From a virus (taxonomy: Duplodnaviria; Caudoviricetes), in IMG/VR virus record IMGVR_UViG_3300020036_002473, positions 1 through 64,000 of that record: a stretch of DNA of 64,000 nucleotides; one strand, 5' to 3'. Below are positions 1 to 10,068 of the stretch, in pieces; within the stretch, counting starts at the first letter, position 1, and each line of letters opens with the position of its first letter. A program made the translations under genes and the position numbers. Below the pieces are notes generated by a model. That model had not been told where the DNA came from. It worked only from the letters and a program-made list of their open reading frames with translations, and did no database searches.

Positions 1-587
1 CCACCAGTGCGGTATTGGGAAGAATTATCCTCCCACTTCCAAGCGAAGCCATACTCAATATTATTCAGTGGCGAGAGTATTGGGCCGACAGCCAATCTGG
101 AGGCATCCCAGTAACCGTTTGGATTACCAACATCAGTCACTGTTAAAGTAAAACTGCTTCCCATAAGTTGTGTAGGCATCCAGATAGATACATACGGGTT
201 TCCCCACGAATGAAACACAGATGACCCAAGTGGAATAAAGCCCCAATTATTCCCGTAACTCCCGAGATTGATTATCTGAAAAACATTTATAACACCACTG
301 TCATATATTAGGGTTGTCCAAGCTGAATCAGAGTAAAGCCTGAACCTAACTGTGCTGTTGCTTGAAAGCGTTGTGTTATATAGCACACAGGCTTGTACGT
401 GCCTGCCAAAACTAGATGTTCCTTTAATATCCTGTGATATTAGGTTTGTGGTACGCATCTTACGTCCACGAGCTGTTGTCTGTAAATTAGTTACAGGCAT
501 TGTGCTCACAACAGCCGGGCTTACAGAGAGCGTACAAGCATCTGAAAAATTATCCGCAATAAACCTTATATTACTTCCTAGAGCCAT
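1..587 (-). CDS. Tail-tip/minor tail protein, partial (runs off the left edge)
   Basis: Manual translation from ATG at 587 (MALGSNIRFIADNFSDACTLSVSPAVVSTMPVTNLQ...) stays open to base 1; start overlaps the stop of the upstream tail gene. Not in the ORF track. Confidence 0.75.
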   Translation of the reverse strand, partial: MALGSNIRFIADNFSDACTLSVSPAVVSTMPVTNLQTTARGRKMRTTNLISQDIKGTSSFGRHVQACVLYNTTLSSNSTVRFRLYSDSAWTTLIYDSGVINVFQIINLGSYGNNWGFIPLGSSVFHSWGNPYVSIWMPTQLMGSSFTLTVTDVGNPNGYWDASRLAVGPILSPLNNIEYGFAWKWEDNSSQYRTG

Positions 588-2041
588 ATTTTTAACTCCA
601 CTCTATTACTTGTTGGGCTTTCATTAATTCCTGTTACAATTGCATATACACCACTATCCAGCCCGTAACGAGGGTATGTTATTTTTATTTCTTGTCCTAC
701 TTCAATGCTTTGAGGGGCTGTTGTAGCTCTAATTGTAAAGGCTTTTCTTAATGTATTATTTAATGTAGCCACTCTATTACACTCTGTTTGAGCATCTGTT
801 GAATTAGATATTAATGTTTCAGCTAAATCAGGCTCTAATGCAAGGGGCCAATTAGGTACACTGTTTGTAGCAAATACAGCTCTATATTGTTGTCCTAAGT
901 CTGCTCTATTAGCCTCTGTTACAGATGTTGAAAGGCTACTATCTTGCACCACCCAGTATTTCTTATAGCCAAGCCTGTACGTTTTAATTGGCTGGTATGT
1001 CTTGTCAAGATTAACACCTTGGCTTTCAATATCGTCTGCAATAAGCTCTAATGTTGCTGTTCCTGTAGGGGCATTAAGCCTGCCAAACTTTAGCAACCCT
1101 GCACGAGAGAAGCCGTAATAACCCCCAATGCTTTTAAACAATTGGTCGTATATATCTAGTAAGTTTGCTCTATCAGGAATATAAATCCCAATAGTGTAGG
1201 GACATGCTGTGTTCAAAGCTGTAATTGAAGCACTGTCAATATCACCACCTGTTAGGCCAGCTTTCAGAGCCAAGTCATTAGCAATGTCCGCCACCTTTGT
1301 CAAATACACTCCGCTAGGCTTAGCCCCTTGGACATCACATGTAATTGTCCCTGTTGCAGCAGCAGCTAGGGTAAATGTACCTGTTGCAATTGATGGGGTG
1401 TATGTAACAGCTATTCCATTCTCATATACATTCACAATAGAGTTAATAGCGCCATCGTGTACTTGGTATTGATGTGTTGCAGAATCAATAAGCACAGGAG
1501 CAATATTGTACACTTCTCCATAGCACAATGGCTTAGGCTTATTAATAGCACTCCCTGTTGTGTATAATGTGCTTTGAATTTGCTTGTTCAACAGGTCTTG
1601 CTTATCTCTAATTTTAAATGTTATTTCATTGCTGCTCTTGGCTTGTACATCTGACATAACTCCTTTGAAGATTGTTCTAAAATCAGCTTTAGGCCAACTC
1701 TTATCTCCAAGCAGGATGTTTACAGAATATCCAATCCATGTATAATTTAGCCAAGCATCTCTTTCTCCAGAAGAATTGTCTACAACAATCTCTCCTAATG
1801 CTGGCATACTTCTTCCACCAAACACTTCAGACATGCTGTTAGAAATACGAGGAACTTCCCGAAGCAAGTCCTCATAAATCGTATTAGCAGGAGTGTCAGC
1901 AGGAACACTAGCAAAGTCAGAATTGGAGAAATAATTTGTAATAACAGAGCTGCCATTATGACATTGTGCCTCAACTAATGTTACACGTTTAGCAGAGTCA
2001 TTCTGCAACCATGCTAAATATTGTGCATCACTAATAGCCAT
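578..2041 (-). CDS. Tail-tip / baseplate-hub-like protein
   Basis: 487 aa, beta-rich, directly downstream of the tape measure gene; C-terminal 'EVGQEIKITYPRYGL...RVELKIWL' is typical of siphophage hub-type proteins. Confidence 0.65.
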   Translation of the reverse strand: MAISDAQYLAWLQNDSAKRVTLVEAQCHNGSSVITNYFSNSDFASVPADTPANTIYEDLLREVPRISNSMSEVFGGRSMPALGEIVVDNSSGERDAWLNYTWIGYSVNILLGDKSWPKADFRTIFKGVMSDVQAKSSNEITFKIRDKQDLLNKQIQSTLYTTGSAINKPKPLCYGEVYNIAPVLIDSATHQYQVHDGAINSIVNVYENGIAVTYTPSIATGTFTLAAAATGTITCDVQGAKPSGVYLTKVADIANDLALKAGLTGGDIDSASITALNTACPYTIGIYIPDRANLLDIYDQLFKSIGGYYGFSRAGLLKFGRLNAPTGTATLELIADDIESQGVNLDKTYQPIKTYRLGYKKYWVVQDSSLSTSVTEANRADLGQQYRAVFATNSVPNWPLALEPDLAETLISNSTDAQTECNRVATLNNTLRKAFTIRATTAPQSIEVGQEIKITYPRYGLDSGVYAIVTGINESPTSNRVELKIWL

Positions 2042-2095
2042 TATTTCTCCATTCCTTATTTCATTAATGTGTTACAATGTTACCGAGTGACAATG

Positions 2096-5000
2096 TTACC
2101 TAGTAACTGTATTAGCCGTGTCAACAACAGCATCCACTGTTTTCTTACCGGCATCGGCTACAGCAGCTGTTAGGCTGTCAATCTTAGCCATGAGGATGTT
2201 GTTTGTTGTCTGCTGAGCAGCCACCATTTCTCTTAGCGTTTGAATTGTAGCAGCTGTATCAACAGCATTCTGTGTAGCCATGTCAGCAATTGTCTTGTCT
2301 TTAGCACCCAAGTCATTCAATGTTGTAATACCATCAGCAATAACTTGTTGTGTATCAACAGCAGCAGGGCCACCTTTAGCTTCCCACCAAGCGTTTGCAG
2401 CTTCTTGTTGAGCTTGTGGAATTGTTTGACCTACACCTAATAACTCTCCAGCGCCCAACTTTTCAGCTAAGTCAGCAAATGTAGGGGCGATCTCTAGCAA
2501 GGCTGCATAAGCACGTCTACCAGATTCTGTTCCCAAGTTTTGCTGTTCAACAAGCTTACGGAAGTTAGCTAATGTAGCAGCTTCGTCAGCTCCAGCCATT
2601 ACATTCAAACCCATTGAAGCTAGCTTAGCCCCTACTTGATCAGCTGCAATCTTTTGCTTCTCAGCATCTGTGTAGTATTTGTCATAATATGCACCAAGGC
2701 TTGAAGCTAGTTTGTCAAGCCCTCCAGCAAACTCGATGAGCTGCATCTTAGCGTCTATGCTAGCAGCTCCAATGCTTCCGAACACGTCAGAGACATCAAT
2801 ACCTAGATTAAGGAATAACCCATCCACTGTAGCAATTGCTGAAGCAACACGCATCAGAGTTTCAAACGCACCTTCACCAACTTGCTTATACCTGTCAACC
2901 AAGTCAGTGAAAGCAAACTTAGACATATCATCACCAAGCTTAGAGAAGATGTTGGAAAATTGCTTTTGAATATCTTCAGCTGATAACCCTTTGAGGCTGA
3001 TATTTCCTAGGTCTACAACAAACTTATCTAGCTGTCCTGCAAAACCACTTCCCATTCCTAACACTTTACCTGCTTGTAGCACCCCATCACGCATGTTATT
3101 TACCACCATGCTAAACTGAGCACTAACTTCTTGAGGGAGGTCTGATAGGGTGGTGTAGTATTTGTTTTTCTTAAACAAGCCGCCAGATTTCTCGATGTTT
3201 GTATATCCTTGTGACATTAAGCCACCAGAAGCAATGCTTCCAAGTGATTGTTTGCCAGAAGTGATACCATAATCTGTAACAGATGTCTTGCCACCAAATA
3301 CTCCACCAATCAAATTGTTTAGCAGCTTCGTACCAAACCCCCCTGTAAGCTTCTCACCAATACTGATTATTCCTAAGCCATTCTTGCCAAGAATATTATC
3401 AACAGTTCTTTCGACTGAGCCAACTTTATTAGCTCCGCTCATGCTCAAATCGCCGACAATTCCACTCCGAATAATAATAGAAGTAAAGCCTGTCATTGAA
3501 GCTTCAATGTTCTTAAGAGAAGCCAACATTCCTGCATTTAGGTCAACAGACAAAGAAGAGTTTTCTTCTAATAGAGCAGTGGATTTAGAAATACTTTCGC
3601 TCTTAGCTGTTAAATCTCCGAACACAGTACCTGTCCCTGCCTGTTCTTGTAACTGCTCAGCAGATGTTGGAGCTTTTCCACCACCTCCACTAACGCTTAC
3701 GCCAAGGGCAATTACAGCAGCAGCCATAGCAGCCATAGCAGCAAAGCCAATAAATGGCCCAGCGGAGCCTTGTGTAATAATAGCACCAATAGCTCGGATG
3801 ATATTCAAACCCATTTGTGCAGTTTTCTCAGCCGCAATACCAGCTAAGGTGAGAGCATTCTTGGCTGCAATAGCCACCATCTCGTTATCACTGAGAGCAA
3901 GCTTTTGAGCAAAGCTCTTAGCAGCCATCATCATCTCATATATGCGGAAAGCCTTCTCAGCAGCGTTTAATACTTTGTAGCCAGCTGTCTTTTCTTTAAG
4001 TAACCTTTTGGATGCTCCTGCCATATCTGCGTAAGTTTTAGCACTTAATTTAGCTGTAGCTGTTAGGTAAGTTTGCTCTACCTTAGCAGCATCTTGACCA
4101 CCTTCGAGGGCTACCTTCTTATCTTGCTCAATCTTCTTTTGTTGCAGAGAATAGTCTTCAAACAATGTCATTAATGTTCCAAGAGATTTAGCAGCCTCTC
4201 CGAAACCATCAGACAACACTTGTCCTAAACTTCTACCAACACGCTCCATATCTAACATAGCTTGAGCACCTGCTTGCAGCTTCAAGGCTAAGCTTATTTT
4301 CTCTTGTGCTTCAGCTTCTGCTGTGAGCTTTCCAATGGTTTGCTCAATGGCTGTTTGCTTCTTAATCTCGCCAGCATAGAATTGCAATTGATTAACAGCA
4401 GCAGCTCTAGCTTGTTTGCTTTCAGCATCTGTGGCTGTCCCAATTTGCTCTATACGTGTCACTTGTGCATCATAATTACGCCTAGCTTCCAACAAGGTCA
4501 TTGAAGAGTTTTCGCGCAATATCTCTTGCTCACGTATTTTCAAGTCAATGGCTTCAGCAGCTGCTTGTTTCTCTCTGGCGTCCATAGCAATCTTTGTAGA
4601 GGCTGTAAGAATTGTTCCCTTACGCTCTGCTTCAATTGCTGCTGTCTTTTGATTAATATCATCTACAGCTTGACGTGTCTTATTGTTAATATCAATCAAC
4701 AAAGATTTATGTGTTGTCTCAGCTTGATTCAATCCGTCTTGAAATTCTTTAACAGATTGAAGAGCATTGCTGTAAGCACTCTTAGCCTCTGTGTCGGCGT
4801 TTGTTGCAGCTGCTTTTTTAGCTTGAGCTGCTGCTTGTGCTCTGGCTTCTTTAGCAGAGGCTGCTCTGTTCTTAGCTTCTTCAATCTTAAGGGGGTTTGA
4901 CTTTTCAAGGTCAGCAATCTGTTTCTTTGTTTGCTCAGCAGCTCTTGCATATGCGGGAGAGTCAGGGGACATCCCAATAACAGCTTTGCCTCTAGTTGCT

Positions 5001-6847
5001 AGAAGAGCTTCCTTCTTCTTATTCCACTGAAGCTGCTTGTCATTCTTGTCCAGCATTGCTTGACCAGCATCTCTATCACGCTTATCTCTGGCTTCATTCT
5101 CTTTCTCAATAGCTGTTATACTATCTTGAGAGGACATTTGATTTGCGGCCTTAACTAAGTTTTGAGAATGCACAAGATCTTTATTTAAGTTAATAAGCTC
5201 TTGTTTCATTCTAGCTTGATTTACTTCACTCTTAGCCGCTGGAGTATCGGCTGAAAGGTCACGCTTCTTAGCTTCAATTTGATCGTTTAGTGTGTTAATC
5301 TTTGCAGAAATTGTATCTCTGTCTGTTTGATTTTGCTCTTTATTAAATTCAATCAATCCAAGCTTAGCATTCTTAATACGCTTTGCAGCATCATCAGCAG
5401 CTTTTGCAGCACTATCACCCCAGTTAAACCAAGCAATAGCGCCTAATGTCAGTAAACCTGTTATTAAGATGATTGGATTAGTTAGTAAGGACAAACCTCT
5501 CGACAAAACAGTTTGCACTGCTGTCTGTGACTTCTGAGCATTGGCTAGTGCTAGATGTGCAGCTGCTTCCCGTTCTTTTGCTGCAATTATCTCAACACTA
5601 CTTACCAGTGTCGTGCGCAGGTACGCCAACTCATCTTTTGTTTTTTGTGCAGCTGCTGCGGCAGTGGTAATGGCTAGTTTTCTTTGCGTGTCAATAGCGA
5701 TCAAATCTGTGGCTGTCTTAATTGCTTGAGCGCCTACAGCTTTAGTAATTGTTGCTGTATAATAAATTAAAGCTCCTACAAGAACTGTGGATATTGCATT
5801 GGCTACAATCTTTGCATTGTCTGCTATCACCATAATGCCTTTGGCTAATCCAGATACAACACCACTCTTTTGTTCCATCTCACCAATGGCTCTTGTGAAG
5901 GATGTTTTCAAGTTAGTCATTGCAGCATCAAATGTGATTGGAAGCTTGCCCACTTGCGCTTCCCAAGCTGGCCCTACAGTTTTTAATGTATCTACAATCT
6001 TTGTAATATCTAATGTACCAGCCGCCCCCATTGCTTTCAATTCAGCACGAGTTTTGCCTAATTGTTTTTCCAAAGCTAAAAGGATGATTGGAGCACCTTC
6101 AGCTACGGCATTAAACTCAGCACCATTCAATCTACCAGCTTGCAAAGCTTGAGAGAATTGCAGCATAACAGAACTTGCTTCAGCGCCTGTTGCACCAGAA
6201 AGCTTCAATGCAGACGCTACAGATGTTGTAACAGTCATTGCATCTTTAGCTGAATAACTATATCTTTGCAGTGCTGGAAGAGCGCGAGTGTATAATTGAA
6301 CAATACCGTCTAATGGTGCTCTCAATCTCAATGCAGCATCTGCTAATTCATTCTGTGTTTTCTTAGCTACTTCAGCACTCTTTGTAAAAATCTCAAGACG
6401 TGCTTGCATCATCTTCCAGCTGTCAGCCATAGCAATAATGGATGAGGACATGCCTACAAGCCCACCCATAATAAGACCACCACCAAGCAATGTTCTAAGC
6501 TGCGCTATAGAACCTCCAATGGCTTGAAAGGCATTCTTAGACTCATCGGCTGATTTCTTGCTTTGTGTTCCTACGCCAGCAATTGCATTTGTCACCATTT
6601 TAATCTCTGCTACAGCTGCTGCTGTCCCTGAAGAGGCTGGTACAATGCTTGTTGTGTTTGCTACACGTTGTAAATTCTGTAATTCTTTGGTTACGGCTTG
6701 ATATGAGGAAGAAGAAGAAGTGGAGAATTTCTTCGTAGCCACTTCCGCCTTGTCAGCCGATGTAGAGAGTTTATCTAGCTTAGCTATACTGTCGTCAATA
6801 CCCGAGGTAGCCACTTTAATTGATAATGTACTAACGTCAACAGCCAT
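2096..6847 (-). CDS. Tape measure protein
   Basis: 1583 aa, Ala-rich and helical; tape-measure N-terminal motif 'SSVMLQFSQALQAGRLNGAEFNAVAEGAP'; follows the tail chaperones. Confidence 0.95.
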   Translation of the reverse strand: MAVDVSTLSIKVATSGIDDSIAKLDKLSTSADKAEVATKKFSTSSSSSYQAVTKELQNLQRVANTTSIVPASSGTAAAVAEIKMVTNAIAGVGTQSKKSADESKNAFQAIGGSIAQLRTLLGGGLIMGGLVGMSSSIIAMADSWKMMQARLEIFTKSAEVAKKTQNELADAALRLRAPLDGIVQLYTRALPALQRYSYSAKDAMTVTTSVASALKLSGATGAEASSVMLQFSQALQAGRLNGAEFNAVAEGAPIILLALEKQLGKTRAELKAMGAAGTLDITKIVDTLKTVGPAWEAQVGKLPITFDAAMTNLKTSFTRAIGEMEQKSGVVSGLAKGIMVIADNAKIVANAISTVLVGALIYYTATITKAVGAQAIKTATDLIAIDTQRKLAITTAAAAAQKTKDELAYLRTTLVSSVEIIAAKEREAAAHLALANAQKSQTAVQTVLSRGLSLLTNPIILITGLLTLGAIAWFNWGDSAAKAADDAAKRIKNAKLGLIEFNKEQNQTDRDTISAKINTLNDQIEAKKRDLSADTPAAKSEVNQARMKQELINLNKDLVHSQNLVKAANQMSSQDSITAIEKENEARDKRDRDAGQAMLDKNDKQLQWNKKKEALLATRGKAVIGMSPDSPAYARAAEQTKKQIADLEKSNPLKIEEAKNRAASAKEARAQAAAQAKKAAATNADTEAKSAYSNALQSVKEFQDGLNQAETTHKSLLIDINNKTRQAVDDINQKTAAIEAERKGTILTASTKIAMDAREKQAAAEAIDLKIREQEILRENSSMTLLEARRNYDAQVTRIEQIGTATDAESKQARAAAVNQLQFYAGEIKKQTAIEQTIGKLTAEAEAQEKISLALKLQAGAQAMLDMERVGRSLGQVLSDGFGEAAKSLGTLMTLFEDYSLQQKKIEQDKKVALEGGQDAAKVEQTYLTATAKLSAKTYADMAGASKRLLKEKTAGYKVLNAAEKAFRIYEMMMAAKSFAQKLALSDNEMVAIAAKNALTLAGIAAEKTAQMGLNIIRAIGAIITQGSAGPFIGFAAMAAMAAAVIALGVSVSGGGGKAPTSAEQLQEQAGTGTVFGDLTAKSESISKSTALLEENSSLSVDLNAGMLASLKNIEASMTGFTSIIIRSGIVGDLSMSGANKVGSVERTVDNILGKNGLGIISIGEKLTGGFGTKLLNNLIGGVFGGKTSVTDYGITSGKQSLGSIASGGLMSQGYTNIEKSGGLFKKNKYYTTLSDLPQEVSAQFSMVVNNMRDGVLQAGKVLGMGSGFAGQLDKFVVDLGNISLKGLSAEDIQKQFSNIFSKLGDDMSKFAFTDLVDRYKQVGEGAFETLMRVASAIATVDGLFLNLGIDVSDVFGSIGAASIDAKMQLIEFAGGLDKLASSLGAYYDKYYTDAEKQKIAADQVGAKLASMGLNVMAGADEAATLANFRKLVEQQNLGTESGRRAYAALLEIAPTFADLAEKLGAGELLGVGQTIPQAQQEAANAWWEAKGGPAAVDTQQVIADGITTLNDLGAKDKTIADMATQNAVDTAATIQTLREMVAAQQTTNNILMAKIDSLTAAVADAGKKTVDAVVDTANTVTR

Positions 6848-6858
6848 ATTATTTCTCT

Positions 6859-7302
6859 CTAATTTATTTCTTCATTTTCTATACCACTATAAGGGCTACG
6901 AGACATGCGTTTAAACAAATCTTTCAATCCAGCCTCTAAAGCGTCTTTCTGTTCCTGTGTATCAGCATCTGGAACAAACGGAGCATGAGCACCTTTATCA
7001 CCATTACTTTTACTATATTCTCCAGCATAAGCCTTGCTCATCTTATGTAATAGCTCTGCTTGAAAAGCTGAGAGAGGTATTCCTACAAGCTTGCTCCAGC
7101 ACCATATCTCTTGGAAGGGGACATGTGTAATTCCCATTCCGTTAGAGCTTGCTGGCCCCACTTCTGTTAAATATTTCACCATCATTGGTTCAAAGCCTTC
7201 AAGGGGAGGCATTTCTACCTCTCCCTCTTGTTTAGCTATAAGGCTTTCATACCTGCTCACTCTATCATCTCCTGTTGTAGGAGAGCTATTAAGCCAAGCC
7301 AT
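6859..7302 (-). CDS. Tail assembly chaperone, gpT-like (probably expressed as a -1 frameshift fusion)
   Basis: Lies between the chaperone and TMP; its frame is open upstream to the GGGGAAG site (7335-7341) at the end of the preceding ORF. Confidence 0.8.
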   Translation of the reverse strand: MAWLNSSPTTGDDRVSRYESLIAKQEGEVEMPPLEGFEPMMVKYLTEVGPASSNGMGITHVPFQEIWCWSKLVGIPLSAFQAELLHKMSKAYAGEYSKSNGDKGAHAPFVPDADTQEQKDALEAGLKDLFKRMSRSPYSGIENEEIN

Positions 7303-7331
7303 GTGCCTAGCGTAAAGAGTGAGCCTTTCTT

Positions 7332-7721
7332 CTACTTCCCCAATTGCAAGCTAATGTCTTGCGTAGCAGCATCCACTTGGTCACGAATCCAGAACAAGGA
7401 AGTGTTCTCGTATAATTCACGAACATTCTCTTTTGTAATTGCTGAGCCTCCAATAGAGATGTTCTTAACATCCACTGTAATGGCTACAAGCAAATCAGTT
7501 TGTTCTTCACGGAAGGATTCTGCTGAAGGAGTTTTCTTGCCACGCTTTAAGCTTACATTCAAAAGCTTGTTCAAAGCTGAGCGATATTCTTTTGAACCTT
7601 GGCTGTATAATTCGATAGAAGGAACATTACCTTTACTATCTTTAATAACTTCATCCGTTTCTGGATTACGAAGTTCAACTACCAAAGTGTTCTTTACTGC
7701 TAATGTGTTTAAATCAAACAT
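7332..7721 (-). CDS. Tail assembly chaperone, gpG-like
   Basis: 129 aa immediately after the tail tube gene; ends TTG GGG AAG TAG. Confidence 0.8.
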   Translation of the reverse strand: MFDLNTLAVKNTLVVELRNPETDEVIKDSKGNVPSIELYSQGSKEYRSALNKLLNVSLKRGKKTPSAESFREEQTDLLVAITVDVKNISIGGSAITKENVRELYENTSLFWIRDQVDAATQDISLQLGK

Positions 7722-7785
7722 TTTATAATACCCTCATATTATTTTTAATGTCACGGAATTGTGAATTAATTTATTACAAATAAAA

Positions 7786-7812
7786 AGGAGAGACTAAAAA
7801 GCCTCTCCCCGT
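7786..7812 (-). terminator. Rho-independent terminator after the tail tube gene
   Basis: Sense GGGGAGAGGC...TCTCC hairpin followed by a T-run. Confidence 0.6.
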
Positions 7813-7830
7813 TTACATCAATACAAATTG

Positions 7831-8277
7831 TTAGTAGCTGATGATGTCGTTATCAATTTCAACAGAAACTGATGCAGAGAAGATACTATCAACAGAGCCT
7901 ACATTGGTGGTGTATTTAGGTACAACACCTGTGAAGAATTGGCCTGTTGCACCACCTTGGAAAGCCACTTTAAACGAGTAGCTATTATCACTATCAAGCG
8001 CCGCAATTAAGATTGTTTGTCCAGCGTCTGTTGTGGCACGAGCCATAGACAAAGTTAAAGCCCCATTGTTGTAGGAGCCTTTGCGTTTAATGGTTTGGCG
8101 AGTACCTACAGGGTTGTGATTAACCACTGAGTATTCTTTACCCCATTCACCAAAGTCAGTGATTTCCCCTACTTCAGTCCAAGATAAAGCACCAAAGCCA
8201 GCTGAGTTGTAAGTTGCTGGTAAAGAGGCTGATACATAAAGTCTAGTGCCTGCTGATGTTACTGCTAAAGAAGCCAT
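7831..8277 (-). CDS. Major tail tube protein
   Basis: 148 aa; 'WTEVGEITDFGEWGKEYSVVNHNPVGTRQTIKRKGSYNNGALTL' is a siphophage tail-tube signature; synteny agrees. Confidence 0.9.
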   Translation of the reverse strand: MASLAVTSAGTRLYVSASLPATYNSAGFGALSWTEVGEITDFGEWGKEYSVVNHNPVGTRQTIKRKGSYNNGALTLSMARATTDAGQTILIAALDSDNSYSFKVAFQGGATGQFFTGVVPKYTTNVGSVDSIFSASVSVEIDNDIISY

Positions 8278-8306
8278 TTATATTATTCCTTGTTATTCTT
8301 ATTTTA

Positions 8307-8663
8307 TTATGCTAATGTGTACAAATGTGCTGTAACACCAACACCACCTGTTACTGCAACAGTGCCTTGTAGGTAAGCTTTAATCTTACCCAGTTCAACA
8401 GCAATTGTAGAGGAAGCTGGAACAGTGAGTGCCTTACCAGCTGATACGTCAATTGTTCCACCATAGCCATCTGGAGTGATAGTGGTTGACAATGAGCCAT
8501 CAATCGTTACAATCACTGGAGAAGCTGTTGTGTTGTATAATTCTAGGATTTGGCGTGTGCCATCACCATTCCATACTAAAGTGTCAGAAGCTGTTAATAC
8601 AGTACGAGCAATTGTAGTAGCCCCTGCTGTACCACGAAAATCTGTTTGTGCAATTACTGCCAT
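8307..8663 (-). CDS. Small virion structural protein
   Basis: 118 aa, Thr/Gly/Val-rich beta protein between the terminator protein and tube genes. Confidence 0.6.
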   Translation of the reverse strand: MAVIAQTDFRGTAGATTIARTVLTASDTLVWNGDGTRQILELYNTTASPVIVTIDGSLSTTITPDGYGGTIDVSAGKALTVPASSTIAVELGKIKAYLQGTVAVTGGVGVTAHLYTLA

Positions 8664-8678
8664 GTTATTTCCTTGTTA

Positions 8679-9083
8679 TTATTGTGGAAGCTGTGCTTCT
8701 CTTCGATAGTAAATTACTACAGGGACTACACGCCAGCCATTGTCTAGCATGTGAGCTTGCTTAGAAGGTGTACGCTCAACACTCACAGTGCCTTGCTTTG
8801 GAAGTAGTGGGAACAGGCTCACAATACTGTCTGCTAGCCCTTCCACTTTACCCCAACCTTCTCCATCCAGTCCCCAACAATTAACATGGAATATGCCAAG
8901 TTCTCTTGTACGCATCCCGTCCACTGTAGGGTTTTGTGTTTGTGCTGGAAGAAGGAATGCTTGCAAGAATAGTCCGTTAAGCGGCTTATCAAATGGCACA
9001 CCTTCCCAAGCCACAGGAATCTTAGGAGTTTGAGCATTGGCCCAAGCCTTAAGCCTTCCTTCCAGCTCTGATCTCACTGACAT
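8679..9083 (-). CDS. Tail terminator protein (DUF4128-like)
   Basis: 'IPVAWEGVPF...LLPAQT...GIFHVNCW...G.G...LADSIVSLFP' pattern; position in the neck module. Confidence 0.75.
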   Translation of the reverse strand: MSVRSELEGRLKAWANAQTPKIPVAWEGVPFDKPLNGLFLQAFLLPAQTQNPTVDGMRTRELGIFHVNCWGLDGEGWGKVEGLADSIVSLFPLLPKQGTVSVERTPSKQAHMLDNGWRVVPVVIYYRREAQLPQ

Positions 9084-9111
9084 ATTATCTTGTTCCTTTA
9101 TTTATTTTCAT

Positions 9112-9147
9112 AGTGTATAATAGAAAGCTAATTTGTCAATAGGGAAT
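9112..9147 (-). promoter_or_regulatory. sigma70-like promoter, late class
   Basis: TTGACA (9134-9139) N16 TACACT (9112-9117); 20 bp identical to 15819-15838. Confidence 0.7.
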
Positions 9148-9154
9148 TAAGCTG

Positions 9155-9628
9155 TTATTTATATTTCTGAGGAATATCTAAGAATCCTCTGTTCACCATA
9201 TGATAGGCTTCCACTGTTCCTGTCCAATAACCCCAATTAGGCGTTGGATTAGCTCCAGCAGGTTTCCAGCCAAGCTTCTCAGCTCTATATGAATATGGGC
9301 TTTCATTAAGCATTGTTACAAAGTTGTCTTTAAAGAATATGCCTTTCTTTCTGAGCATATTCACAAGCCTTGTTTCAACTCTTTCAGCTCCAAGAGGATT
9401 CTTTACTGAGCTTCTAAACTCTGTCTCTTGATTAATTTTCCATTCAGCAATGCCAAACTTCCAATTGTTTACAAGCCAGCCTTTGGAGTATTCTGCACCA
9501 TTCTTCTGTTGTGGAGTGTAGTCAATAATTCTTGAAAACAAATGAAGAGCCAAATATCTGCATTCATTGTCAACACGTAGAAGTGTATTCTTTCCAAATG
9601 TTTGAATGCTTTTAGAGAACGCTCCCAT
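9155..9628 (-). CDS. Tail completion / HK97 gp10-like neck protein
   Basis: 157 aa basic protein in the gp10 position with 'GWLVNNW' and 'NESPYSYRAE' patterns. Confidence 0.6.
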   Translation of the reverse strand: MGAFSKSIQTFGKNTLLRVDNECRYLALHLFSRIIDYTPQQKNGAEYSKGWLVNNWKFGIAEWKINQETEFRSSVKNPLGAERVETRLVNMLRKKGIFFKDNFVTMLNESPYSYRAEKLGWKPAGANPTPNWGYWTGTVEAYHMVNRGFLDIPQKYK

Positions 9629-9639
9629 TAAAGCTCTCC

Positions 9640-10068
9640 TTATTTTCTAATGTACAATTCCCACAAGCTACTATTTGTCGTTGATGGATTCACTTCTTTA
9701 AATGTGACCACTTTATACTTATCTCCGCCAATCACAATTCTATCTCTTGCTGGGGTGATTGTTGTAAGCGTAACAGCTTGAACATCTGTGTTCTTAGAGA
9801 TAGGCCTGATGAATAGCTGTTTATCACCAGCTTCAATTAATGTGCTTCTGAAGTTTCCTGTACCATTACTCTGTAATGTCATATCAAACATCATAGCTCT
9901 AGCATTTACTACCTCTTTTACTTCAATTATTGTTCCACTCTCTGTGTCATAATCAGACGCTGGGGTGAGATATTCAATTTGAATGTCAAAACCATATCGT
10001 GACATATATTTATCAACAACTTTGTCAAACACTTGCATGGGGCCAAAGAAGTCTATTCCATAACTCAT
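9640..10068 (-). CDS. Head closure / head-tail joining protein
   Basis: Likely start MSYGIDF at 10068 (ATGA overlap with the upstream stop); 'DRIVIGGDKYKVV...LWELYIRK' is typical of stopper proteins. Confidence 0.7.
   Translation of the reverse strand: MSYGIDFFGPMQVFDKVVDKYMSRYGFDIQIEYLTPASDYDTESGTIIEVKEVVNARAMMFDMTLQSNGTGNFRSTLIEAGDKQLFIRPISKNTDVQAVTLTTITPARDRIVIGGDKYKVVTFKEVNPSTTNSSLWELYIRK

Noticed and set aside
7831-9628. Contractile tail (myovirus) assignment suggested by the head module
   Set aside because: There is no sheath-sized gene between the terminator protein and tube genes, and the long TMP and chaperone frameshift fit a siphovirus.
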